The position numbers and the translations under genes were made by a program. From positions 147,816 to 211,815 of the forward strand of contig CAWABZ010000015.1 of NCBI GenBank assembly GCA_963780425.1: DNA of 64,000 nucleotides. The letters run 5' to 3'. Each line of letters begins with the position of its first letter. The first letter of the stretch is position 1. Below, piece after piece: positions 18,653 to 27,209 of this stretch. Source of the DNA: an uncultured Chloroflexia bacterium. Lineage in GTDB: Bacteria > Chloroflexota > Limnocylindria > Limnocylindrales > CSP1-4. The notes beneath the pieces were generated by a model. The model was not told the origin of the DNA and made no database searches. It saw only the letters and a list, made by a program, of their open reading frames with translations.

Positions 18653-19596
18653 GCCGCCCTGCCCCGGCGCGGCCGTTCGCGCCCGACCGGCTCTCGCCGC
18701 AGCACCAGGATGTGCTGGTGGGCGATGTTCGGGACGAACACGCGCGGGTAGCCGTACGGGCGCAGCCGCGTCCCCGCCTGGTGCCAGATGAGGTCGCCCT
18801 TGGGCACGAGGCCGGCGGCGTCGGCACGGGCGGCCAGATCGGCCCCCACGAACTGGTAGCGGCCGGCCTGGTAGGCGTCGCGGACGATGACGATCGCGTA
18901 GCGGCCAGGACGCAGGACACGCGCCAGCTCGGTGAACACCCGGCCCATCGCCTCGAGGAACGCCCCGTAGTCGGCGGCGTTGGCGAGATCGGCCGGAGCG
19001 TCGCTGACCATCGCGTAGTCGGTGCGGCGGTTGGCGTGGGTTTCGGCGAGCTTGCCACCGGCCATCGTCAGTGGGAGCTGGATGTTGTACGGCGGGTCGG
19101 TCGCCACGAGGTCGACCGAGGCCTCGGCGAGGGTCGGCAGGATGTCGAGCGCGTCACCGGTCCGCATCTCGAGGCCGGCCGGTTCGAAGGACCGGGTCGG
19201 GCCTGGATCCGCTGTCCCGAGATCCGCGATAGCCGGACCGTTCCCGTCGCGCTCGGCGGCCAGCCCGGCGACGACCTCCTCGTATACGGCCACCCAGCGC
19301 GGGTCGAGCTCGATGCCCAGAGCACGCCGGGGTCCGCGGGCGATCGCGGCGCCGATCAGCGTGCCGCCGACGCCGGCGAACGGGTCGAGCACGAGCTCAT
19401 CGGTCTTGCTGAAGAACTCGATCAGGCGGGCCATGAGCCGTGGTGGCTTGTTGGCGCCATGCACCTTGCGGGCCACGTGCCCGAGCTCCGAGGGATAGGC
19501 CGTCGTCAGGACCGACTTCGTGAAGTAGAGCCACTCCTCGCCGGGCAGGTCGTTGAGGGTGTTATCGGGGTGGGGGGCTCTGCGGCCGTCTGTCAC
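18625..19596 (-). CDS. SAM-dependent DPPY-motif methyltransferase (N6-adenine/N4-cytosine type); no restriction partner visible
   Basis: KPPRLMARLIEFFSKTDELVLDPFAGVGGTLIGAA (SAM motif I) lies upstream of VDLVATDPPYN (motif IV). The start is tentatively GTG 19596. The 3' end overlaps the convergent gene by 28 nt. Confidence 0.7.
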   Translation of the reverse strand: MTDGRRAPHPDNTLNDLPGEEWLYFTKSVLTTAYPSELGHVARKVHGANKPPRLMARLIEFFSKTDELVLDPFAGVGGTLIGAAIARGPRRALGIELDPRWVAVYEEVVAGLAAERDGNGPAIADLGTADPGPTRSFEPAGLEMRTGDALDILPTLAEASVDLVATDPPYNIQLPLTMAGGKLAETHANRRTDYAMVSDAPADLANAADYGAFLEAMGRVFTELARVLRPGRYAIVIVRDAYQAGRYQFVGADLAARADAAGLVPKGDLIWHQAGTRLRPYGYPRVFVPNIAHQHILVLRREPVGRERPRRGRAAQARRRLSM

Positions 19597-19740
19597 GACG
19601 CGCAGCGTAGTCGCTCCCGGCGTCGGGCGGACTTCGACCCCCGCGTCCCGTGAGCCACCCGGAAGGGTGGTGCCAGCGCGCCACGCGGGCCTGCGCAAAT
19701 GTCGCCGGCCCACGGTGGTCGGCATCCACCGTTGTGTACG

Positions 19741-22700
19741 ATGGGTCCGATGGCCGCCACGTACACGAGCGCGCGGTTCGTGGGGCGAGAGGACGCGTTC
19801 GCGAGGCTCGCGACCGTGCTCCGATCGGCCTCGGCGGGCGCTTCAGGGACGCTCCTCGTCGACGGGACGGCGGGCGTCGGCACGAGCCGCTTCATCGACG
19901 AGGCGATTCGCCGCGTTGCCGGGCTCCAGGAGCCGATGGTCGTCCTCCGGGGCGGGGCGTTCGGCCCGGGGACCGATGCGCCGTACCAACCGCTCGTGCG
20001 CGCACTTCGGCCGGTCCTGGCGGAGCTGCCGGACGATGAGCTGGCGCGGGTCCTTGGCACGGCGACGGATGAGCTCGTCCGGCTGATCCCGGAGCTCGCT
20101 GATCGCGTCGAGCCGCCGGGAACGGCGGGTCGCCGGATCCTGACCGCCGTGCCGGAGCGCCGTCAGGCCAGGCTGCTCGAGGGCGTGCTCGGCGTGATGG
20201 GCCGACTCGGTGAGCGGCAGCCGGTCCTGCTGATCATGGAAGACCTCCATCGCGCTGACGCAGGGACCCGCGCGCTCGTCACATTCCTTGCGCGGATCGC
20301 CCGGTCGCATCGGCTCGCGGTGGTGGCCACCTACCAGGCCGACGCGATCAGGCGCGAGGATCCGTGGTCGGTCGATCTGGCCAGCCTCGACGCGGCGCCA
20401 CGACCCCCGGCCCGCCTCACGCTCGCACCCCTCGGACGCGACGAGCTCGCCCGCCTGATCGAGTCGATCGAGGACACGCGGCCGTCAGCGAGCGTGCTGG
20501 TTGTCGTCGCCGAGCGCTCGGGCGGGCGCCCATTGGTCGCCGAGGAGCTCCTCGCAGCACGGCGCGAGCTGCCCACGGTGTCCCTCACGTCATCGTTCCA
20601 GGATCTGGTCCTTGCGCGGATCGCCGCCCGCTCGCCGGAGGCGCGACGGGTGCTCCGCCTGCTGGCCCCGGCCGGGCGGCCGCTGCGGCGAGCAGACCTG
20701 GCATCGATCGCGGAAGCGTTCGAGGCCGACCTGACCAGCGGTCCACCGCGGTCGTCCCATGGGCCGCGACGCGGCGACGGCGTCCTCGACGCCGACCTGG
20801 CCCACGGCCTCGACGAGGCCATCGAGTACGGGTTCGTCCTCGAGGACGATGCGGGCCTGGCGCTCCGTCACGAGCTCGTCGGCCGGGCGATCGAGGCCGA
20901 CCTGCTGCCATCGATGCGCATCCGCCATCACGCGGCGGTCGCGCGCGCGCTCGACGACCAGCCGTTCGTCGCCATGCACCACTTCCGGACCGCTCTCGAC
21001 CCGGTCGCGGTGCGTCATGTCGCGATCGCCGCAGCCGATGCCGCGGCTGCGATCGATGCGCCGCTCGATGAGTTGGACGCGCTCGAGCTGGCGATCGCGG
21101 CCGGCAGCGCGACCGGTGTCACGTCGCGCCATGGCGGTCGGCGCCGGAGCGACCCGCCGGTGCTGCCCCCGACCGAGATGAACGCGCGCGCGGCCGAAGC
21201 GGCATTCGCGGCCGGCCGGCCGGTCCGGGCTGCCGCGTACCTCGATGCGGCGATCGCATCCACGGACGGCCGCCGCGACCGGGTCCGGCTCGGTCTCATC
21301 TACGACCGGCTCGCCCAGTTCCGACGCGTCGCCGGTGACGCGGAGGGCTCGCTCGTCGCGCGGCGCCGGGCGGTCGATCTCGTTCCGACCACGCCGTCGC
21401 CGGCCCGCGCGGCCGTCGTCGCCGGACTGGCGCAGATGCTCATGCTCGAAGGCACGTTCTCCGAGGCCGATCGACTCGCACGCGACGCGATCCGGATCGC
21501 CAGGGCGTGCGATCCTCCGGCGCGCCGCTGGGAGCTGCACGCCACGACCACACTCGGGGTCTCCCTCGGCTGGCGCGCCGACCCGGAGGCGGCCCTGGCG
21601 ATGCTGGCCGACGCGCGGGCGATGGCCGAGGAGCTCGGCGACCTCGACGAGCTCTTCCGCATCCATGCCAACCTCACCACGGTCCTCGAGCTGGCCGGAC
21701 GGCACGAGGAAGCAGTCAAGGTCGCATCGGCCGGGATCGAGGCCGCCAAGGCCGCCGGCCTCGAGGCTGTGTACGGCAACGTCCTGCGCGGCAACGCGGC
21801 GGACTCGCTCTTCCTGCTCGGGCGCTGGGAGGAGGCGCGGGCGATGAGCATGACCGCGCTCGAGTGGCTGCCGGCCGGCATCAACTTCCTCAACGCGCTG
21901 GTCTCGCTCGCGACCGTCGAGATCGAGCTGTCCGCAGGCGAGGCGGCCGGCCGCCTCCTCGGCCAGACGCTCCTCGAGCTCGAGGCCGTCCGGGACGCTC
22001 AGCAGGCGGTGCCGCTCCACCTCGCGTCCGCCTCGTTCGCGTTGTGGCGGGGCGACCTGGCCGATGCCCGTCGAGCTGCCGATCGAGGCTGGTCGCTCGT
22101 CCGTGAGACGGAGGACTGGATCCTCGCCGCGCGGACGGCGGCCGCTGTCATCGAGGTCGAGGCGGCGGCCGCGGCCGAATCACGCGAGCAACGGGATCTG
22201 GCGGGTCTTGCCGCCGCCCGCGAGCGAGCCCGCGATGTGATCCGGGCAGCCGAGGCGATCGTCAAGCGCCATGGCGTCGCCCCGTCGTTGGGTTCCCGCC
22301 GGCTGGCGGATGCGTGGCTGTCGACGGCACGTGCCCATCGGCGGCGCGTCGACGCGCGCGACGACCCCGCTACCTGGACCGCGGTCGGCGATGCGTGGAC
22401 CGCGCTGCACATCCCGTACGAGACCGCTCGCGCGCGTTGGCACGAAGCCGAGGCGATGCTCGGGTCCGGTGCCGGCCGCGCCGGTCGGGCGGACGCCCGG
22501 ATCCCGCTGATGGAAGCCGTCGACACGGCACTCGCGCTCGGGGCGCTCCCGCTCCTGCGGGAGCTGCGGGAGCTGGCGGGTCGAGCGCTCATCCAGCTGC
22601 CACCCGAGGTCGATGCGGCCCTCACGGGACCGGACGATCGGCCGCGCGAACTGGTCGGCGTCATCGCCCCCGCGCCGGTGGCCGCCGCGATGATGCCGGT

Positions 22701-22977
22701 CGGGGCGGATGGCTCGGACCAGGCCGATGCGTGGCAGCTCGGCGGACCGGTCGAGCCACCTACGCGTCGCGACACGTTCGGTCTGAGCGGACGCGAACGC
22801 GAGGTCCTCGTCCAGATCGCCCGAGGCCGGACGAACCGCGAGATCGGTGAGCGCCTGTTCATCAGCCAGAAGACCGTCGGCGTCCACGTCGGCAACATCC
22901 TGGCGAAGCTGGGCGTATCGGGTCGGGTCGAGGCAGCGGCCGTCGCGATCCGGTTGGGGTTGACCGAGAAGGCCTGA
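19741..22977 (+). CDS. Large ATP-binding LuxR-family (LAL/MalT-like) transcriptional regulator
   Basis: N-terminal P-loop region FVGREDAF...LLVDGTAGVGTSRF, a long helical/TPR-like middle, and a C-terminal LuxR HTH (LSGREREVLVQIARGRTNREIGERLFISQKTVGVHVGNILAKLGV). Confidence 0.85.
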   Translation: MGPMAATYTSARFVGREDAFARLATVLRSASAGASGTLLVDGTAGVGTSRFIDEAIRRVAGLQEPMVVLRGGAFGPGTDAPYQPLVRALRPVLAELPDDELARVLGTATDELVRLIPELADRVEPPGTAGRRILTAVPERRQARLLEGVLGVMGRLGERQPVLLIMEDLHRADAGTRALVTFLARIARSHRLAVVATYQADAIRREDPWSVDLASLDAAPRPPARLTLAPLGRDELARLIESIEDTRPSASVLVVVAERSGGRPLVAEELLAARRELPTVSLTSSFQDLVLARIAARSPEARRVLRLLAPAGRPLRRADLASIAEAFEADLTSGPPRSSHGPRRGDGVLDADLAHGLDEAIEYGFVLEDDAGLALRHELVGRAIEADLLPSMRIRHHAAVARALDDQPFVAMHHFRTALDPVAVRHVAIAAADAAAAIDAPLDELDALELAIAAGSATGVTSRHGGRRRSDPPVLPPTEMNARAAEAAFAAGRPVRAAAYLDAAIASTDGRRDRVRLGLIYDRLAQFRRVAGDAEGSLVARRRAVDLVPTTPSPARAAVVAGLAQMLMLEGTFSEADRLARDAIRIARACDPPARRWELHATTTLGVSLGWRADPEAALAMLADARAMAEELGDLDELFRIHANLTTVLELAGRHEEAVKVASAGIEAAKAAGLEAVYGNVLRGNAADSLFLLGRWEEARAMSMTALEWLPAGINFLNALVSLATVEIELSAGEAAGRLLGQTLLELEAVRDAQQAVPLHLASASFALWRGDLADARRAADRGWSLVRETEDWILAARTAAAVIEVEAAAAAESREQRDLAGLAAARERARDVIRAAEAIVKRHGVAPSLGSRRLADAWLSTARAHRRRVDARDDPATWTAVGDAWTALHIPYETARARWHEAEAMLGSGAGRAGRADARIPLMEAVDTALALGALPLLRELRELAGRALIQLPPEVDAALTGPDDRPRELVGVIAPAPVAAAMMPVGADGSDQADAWQLGGPVEPPTRRDTFGLSGREREVLVQIARGRTNREIGERLFISQKTVGVHVGNILAKLGVSGRVEAAAVAIRLGLTEKA

Positions 22978-22994
22978 CGCGCGGATCCGTCGGC

Positions 22995-23032
22995 ACAAAA
23001 AGCGAGACCCGGAGGGAGGTCTCCGGGTCTCG
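22995..23032 (-). terminator. Rho-independent terminator for a minus-strand transcript; may also stop the LuxR gene
   Basis: Perfect 12-bp stem cgagacccggag / ctccgggtctcg (23003..23032) with a 6-nt loop. On the minus strand it is followed by CTTTTTG (A-run 22997..23001 on the plus strand). Confidence 0.65.
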
Positions 23033-23133
23033 AATGAGGACGATCGTCGGCCAGCAATGTCCGACGAGCGAAAATCGATGGTCGTCGGCCGCGAGATCGC
23101 GACCGAGTCGGCCGGCCTTCCCGGCCGCTGGGA

Positions 23134-23232
23134 CTACCAGCGGCGAGCGGCGACCAATGTGAGAGCGATGACGAGGATCGGGCCGAGGATCACGGCGACG
23201 CGCCAGGCTCGATCGATGACAGGACGGATCAT
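23134..23232 (-). CDS. Candidate 32-aa hydrophobic peptide
   Basis: Reads MIRPVIDRAWRVAVILGPILVIALTLVAARRW. It lies about 100 nt upstream of the minus-strand terminator. The Shine-Dalgarno is weak or distant (GGGGGAG about 21 nt upstream). Too short for the ORF track. Confidence 0.3.
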   Translation of the reverse strand: MIRPVIDRAWRVAVILGPILVIALTLVAARRW

Positions 23233-23334
23233 GGTGTCGGTTGGGCTCCGGTCTCCCCCTGTGGCGCGTTGCTTCGCACCCGGATGGGGAAGAGCAGGCT
23301 AGTCCCGCGATGGTCCCGGGACAATCCGGACGAT

Positions 23335-23367
23335 GGTACTGGCGAGGTACTGGCTCGGAGGTACTGG
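23335..23367. promoter_or_regulatory. Three direct GGTACTGG repeats between the small minus-strand ORF and the cupredoxin gene
   Basis: Copies at 23335..23342, 23346..23353 and 23360..23367 (spacing 11 and 14 nt), 87-119 nt upstream of ATG 23454. Confidence 0.4.
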
Positions 23368-23453
23368 TCGGACCGGAGTGCCCTCGATTCGGTAGCATCG
23401 TCATGCACACCCGACCGCGGTCATCCACGCGATCCGAGAGGTCTCCCGAACCC

Positions 23454-23966
23454 ATGCGAACGCTTCGAACCCTGTCCGCCGTCCTGGCCGTCGTTGCGCT
23501 CAGCGCGTGCACGGCAGCCAAGCCCGGCTGGACCTATGCCCCGGCCCCGTCGCCGACACCCCTCCCGAGCGTCGTGCCGAGCGGCTCCGCGCCGCCCCCG
23601 AGCGCCTCCGCCAGCGCGTCGGCGAGCGCGCCGGCGAGTCCGAGCGCCAGCGCCAGCGCGCCCGCGAGCGCCTCGGCTGGTGCCGGAATCGTGCTCGAGC
23701 TCGAGGCAGAGGACATCGCGTTCAACACGGCGACGCTGGCAGCGCCTGCCGGCCAGCCGTTCCAGATCGACTTCAAGAACAACGATCCCGGCATCCCGCA
23801 CAACGTCGAAGTGAAGGATGCGAGCGGTGCGGGGCCGTTCAAGGGCGACATCATCACCGGCGTCGCCGAGACGGTGTACGACGTGCCCGCACTCGCCGCC
23901 GGTCAGTACACGTTCCTGTGCATCGTGCACCCGACGACGATGACCGGGACGCTCACCGCCGGGTGA
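23454..23966 (+). CDS. Cupredoxin (type-1 blue copper) lipoprotein
   Basis: Signal peptide with a lipobox (LAVVALSAC), a Ser/Ala/Pro linker, and copper ligand pattern PHNVEV ... FLCIVHPTTM (His, Cys, His, Met). Confidence 0.8.
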   Translation: MRTLRTLSAVLAVVALSACTAAKPGWTYAPAPSPTPLPSVVPSGSAPPPSASASASASAPASPSASASAPASASAGAGIVLELEAEDIAFNTATLAAPAGQPFQIDFKNNDPGIPHNVEVKDASGAGPFKGDIITGVAETVYDVPALAAGQYTFLCIVHPTTMTGTLTAG

Positions 23967-24721
23967 CGCCCGTCGGCGAACAGCTCGCCTACACCGACGC
24001 GTACGCTCGCTCGGCGGAGGCGCGCGTCCGCCACGTCGAGGTCGCTGATGCACCACTCGTCGTCCTGGATCGGACCGTGTTCTATCCGGGTGGCGGCGGC
24101 CAGCCCTCGGATCGTGGGCTTCTGCTGCGGGCATCGGACGGCCGGACGTGGACGGTGCGTGGTGCGCGCAAGGCCGGCGGCGAGATCGTCCATGAGCTCG
24201 GACCGGACGGCGGTGACCCGCCAGCGGTCGGTGACACGCTCGAGGTCGATCTCGACTGGGCGCGGCGGTTCGCGCTCATGCGCACCCACACCGCGCTGCA
24301 TGCGCTGTGCGGCGTCGTCTGGCGCGACCACGGCGCGCAGGTGACGGGCGGCAACATGGAGCCGGGCTCGGGCCGGATGGATTTCGAGTTCGCGTCGATG
24401 TCGGGCGACCTGGTCGACTCGATCGAGGCCGCCGTGAACGTCGAGCTCGCCGCGGCGCGCGATGTCCGCGTCGCGGTGCTGCCGCGCGCCGAGGCGTTCG
24501 CGATCCCGGACCTCATCCGGACCAAGATCAACTTGTTGCCGGATGGTATCGAGGAGATCCGGACCATCGAGATCGTCGGGCTCGACCTGCAGGCCGACGG
24601 CGGCACGCACGTCGCCAACACCCGCGAGGTCGGCCAGATCAGGGTCACCGGCTACGAGTCGAAGGGCCGGATCAACAAGCGCATCCGGATCGAGCTGATC
24701 GACCCGATCGCGGATGCCTGA
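23963..24721 (+). CDS. AlaX-type alanyl-tRNA editing protein (Thr/Ala-tRNA synthetase second additional domain family)
   Basis: GTG 23963 overlaps the cupredoxin stop (GTGA). Motifs FYPGGGGQPSD and HTALH are present. The second zinc motif reads LQADGGTHV (Asp codon 24596..24598) where CGGTH is usual. Confidence 0.8.
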   Translation: MTPVGEQLAYTDAYARSAEARVRHVEVADAPLVVLDRTVFYPGGGGQPSDRGLLLRASDGRTWTVRGARKAGGEIVHELGPDGGDPPAVGDTLEVDLDWARRFALMRTHTALHALCGVVWRDHGAQVTGGNMEPGSGRMDFEFASMSGDLVDSIEAAVNVELAAARDVRVAVLPRAEAFAIPDLIRTKINLLPDGIEEIRTIEIVGLDLQADGGTHVANTREVGQIRVTGYESKGRINKRIRIELIDPIADA

Positions 24722-25466
24722 TCGCCCGCTCGACGGGCAGGTCGCGCTGGTCACCGGCGCCGCGTCCGGGATCGGACGGGCGACGGCGCTCCGTCTGGCG
24801 GCGGATGGTGCCGCCGTCGGGTGTCTCGATCGGAACGGCGATGGCGCCCGGGCCGCGGTCGCCACGATCGAGGCGGCCGGTGGCCGGGGGACCGCCCTCA
24901 TCGCGGACGTGACCGATCGCGACGGCGTCCGCACAGCGATCGACGCCCTGACCCAGAGCGCCGGCCCGATCTGGATCCTCGTCAACAACGCCGGTGTGCC
25001 GGGCGCTGGGCCATTCGTCGACCTCTCGTACGAGGACTGGCGAGGCGTGCTCGACGTCCACGTCGACGGGGCCTTCCACGTGACGAAGGCCGTGCTCCCG
25101 GGGATGCTCGCCGCCGGAGGTGGCCGGATAGTCGTCATCGCGTCGGAGGCGGTCTGGCTCGGCAACCAGAGCGTCCAGTACGTGACCGCCAAGGCCGCGC
25201 TGGTCGGCTTCACGCGTGCCCTCGCGTACCAGCTCGCGCCATCGGGCATCCGGGTCAACGCCGTCGCTCCGGGTCCGGTGGATACGCCGATGCTGCGCGA
25301 CAACGACCCCACGGCCATCATTGCCGAGCTCGCAAGCGTGCGGATCGGCCGTTTCCTGGAACCCGACGAGATCGCGGCAACGGTCGCCTTCCTGGCGGGC
25401 CCAGGCGGTGACCCCTACATCGGTCAGGTCTTCTCGCCGAATGGCGGGACCGTGTTCCCGTCCTGA
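24714..25466 (+). CDS. SDR-family oxidoreductase (FabG-like)
   Basis: TGAASGIGRA, NNAG and a catalytic S...YVTAK pattern. Its start overlaps the AlaX stop by 8 nt. Confidence 0.85.
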   Translation: MPDRPLDGQVALVTGAASGIGRATALRLAADGAAVGCLDRNGDGARAAVATIEAAGGRGTALIADVTDRDGVRTAIDALTQSAGPIWILVNNAGVPGAGPFVDLSYEDWRGVLDVHVDGAFHVTKAVLPGMLAAGGGRIVVIASEAVWLGNQSVQYVTAKAALVGFTRALAYQLAPSGIRVNAVAPGPVDTPMLRDNDPTAIIAELASVRIGRFLEPDEIAATVAFLAGPGGDPYIGQVFSPNGGTVFPS

Positions 25467-26737
25467 TCGCCGCCGGGACGCGGCAGCGTCTCGCGCATCC
25501 GGCCGAGGACGACGAGACCGGAGACCGCCGTCAACGCGGCCACCGCGAGGATCGCCGCGGGGACCCCGGCAGCGTCGGCGAGGACGCCCGCCACGATCGC
25601 CCCGATCGCGAAGCCGAGGTCGCGCCAGAGCCGGTACACGCCGAGCGCGGACGCCCGCCACGCCGGGGCCGCCACGTCGGCGACGACCGCGAGCAGAGTC
25701 GGATAGACCATGGCCGTACCGAGACCGAGACCCACGGCCGCGACGAGCCACGGGCCGAAACCCGTGGCGAGGGCGATCGCCGCGATCGATGCCGCCTGGA
25801 GCAGCATCCCGGCCACGATCAGCCCCTTCCGTCCGACCCGGTCCGAGAGCGCGCCGATCGCGACCTGGCCGATGCCCCAGACCGCGGGGTACGCGGCCAC
25901 CAGGACGCCGATCTCCGGGAGTGTTAGACCGGCGGCGGCGAAGTACACCGGTAACAGCCCCCATGCGACGCCGTCGTTGAGGTTGTTGACGAGGCCGGCC
26001 TGCGATGCCGCCGAGAGCGATCGATCCCGCCACGTGGTTCGCGCCGCGACGTCGCGCCACGCCGGCACTGGCTCGGCGATGGCGCTGCCGCGGCCCTCCA
26101 GCTCGACATGCCCCCGCGTCTCCTTGACGAACAGCACTGACACGCCCAGGCCGAGGCCGGCGAACGCAAGTCCGAGATAGAACGGGGCCGGACGCAAGCC
26201 GGCTTCGGCCGCGATCAGTCCGGTCGCCAGGGCGGTCGCGGCGACTGCGAGATAGCCGGCGGCCTCGTTGAGCCCGAGGGCCAGGCCACGGCGGGTCGGG
26301 CCGACCAGGTCGATCTTCATGGTCACGGTCGTCGACCAGGTGAGGCCCTGGTTGACCCCGAGCAGCACGTTCGCGACGACGACCCATGCCCAGGAGGGCG
26401 CCCAGATGAGCAGCAACGGAACGGGCACGCCGATCAGCCAGCCGGCGATGAGCACGGGCCGCCGACCGAACCGATCGGCGAGCGCACCCGCGGCGAGGTT
26501 GGACAGGGCCTTGGTGACACCGAACGCGACCAGGAAGGTGAGCACGATCGCGAAGCCGTCGAGCCCGAACACGTCGCGTCCGAGCAGCGGCAGCACCGTC
26601 CGCTCCTGGCCGACCATCCCGCCGACCAGGCCACTGACACCGACCAGCAGGGCGAACTGGCCGGCGTTCGCGCGGAGGCCGAGTCGAGGCCCGTCAGGGC
26701 CCGGTTTGGTCACCGCCCGAGTATCGTCCACGGCCAT
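25424..26737 (-). CDS. MFS transporter
   Basis: About 12 hydrophobic helices with MFS loop motifs (GALADRFGRRPVL, GALSDRVGRKGLI). I chose the start at ATG 26737 (MAVDDTRAV); alternatives are 26767 and 26872. Confidence 0.8.
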   Translation of the reverse strand: MAVDDTRAVTKPGPDGPRLGLRANAGQFALLVGVSGLVGGMVGQERTVLPLLGRDVFGLDGFAIVLTFLVAFGVTKALSNLAAGALADRFGRRPVLIAGWLIGVPVPLLLIWAPSWAWVVVANVLLGVNQGLTWSTTVTMKIDLVGPTRRGLALGLNEAAGYLAVAATALATGLIAAEAGLRPAPFYLGLAFAGLGLGVSVLFVKETRGHVELEGRGSAIAEPVPAWRDVAARTTWRDRSLSAASQAGLVNNLNDGVAWGLLPVYFAAAGLTLPEIGVLVAAYPAVWGIGQVAIGALSDRVGRKGLIVAGMLLQAASIAAIALATGFGPWLVAAVGLGLGTAMVYPTLLAVVADVAAPAWRASALGVYRLWRDLGFAIGAIVAGVLADAAGVPAAILAVAALTAVSGLVVLGRMRETLPRPGGDQDGNTVPPFGEKT

Positions 26738-27209
26738 GGACCCCGATACGCCCGCGACGCGTGCCATCACAGCGGCCGGCATTCCCCATCGGGTGGTCGT
26801 GACCGAGCGGGCCGGCAGCGCCGAGGAGGCGGCAGCGCTGCAGGGGATCCCGCTCGGTGGCCTTCTCCGCACGATCGTCGTCCGACGGGGCGACGACGAC
26901 TACCTGTTCGTGCTCGTCCCCGCCGGCCGCCGCTTCGACTGGCCGAAACTGCGTGCCCATCTCGGGGTCCGGCGCATGACGCTGCCCGACGCCGAGGAGG
27001 CTCGGGCCGTGACAGGGTACGAGCGGTACACGATCACCCCGTTCGGCTCCACGCGGGCGTGGCCGGTCGTCGTCGACGCGACCGTCATGGACCAGCCACT
27101 CGTCTCGGTCGGTGGGGGCGCGTTCGGCGTGAACCTCCACCTCGGCCCATCGGATCTCGTGGCCGGTCTCGACGCCGAGGTCGCGGACGTCTCGATCGAC
27201 GATCAGTAG
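26736..27209 (+). CDS. ybaK: YbaK/EbsC-family aminoacyl-tRNA deacylase
   Basis: 157 aa. Segments IPLGGLLRTIVVR, YLFVLVPAGRRFDWPKL, GYERYTITPFG and VSVGGGAFGVNL are typical of the family. ATG 26736 sits in a CCATGG shared with the divergent MFS start. Confidence 0.75.
   Translation: MDPDTPATRAITAAGIPHRVVVTERAGSAEEAAALQGIPLGGLLRTIVVRRGDDDYLFVLVPAGRRFDWPKLRAHLGVRRMTLPDAEEARAVTGYERYTITPFGSTRAWPVVVDATVMDQPLVSVGGGAFGVNLHLGPSDLVAGLDAEVADVSIDDQ

Noticed and set aside
16165-23000. A delimited genomic island integrated at tRNA-Ile.
   Set aside because: I could not find a second copy of the tRNA-Ile 3' end, or an integrase, anywhere downstream by eye. I saw no evident composition change either. I therefore reported it only as a neighbourhood observation.
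23570-23690. The Ser/Ala/Pro repeat (SASASASAPASPSASASAPASASAG) in the cupredoxin gene as a separate repeat element.
   Set aside because: It is an ordinary low-complexity linker between the lipobox and the folded domain, so it is explained by the CDS.
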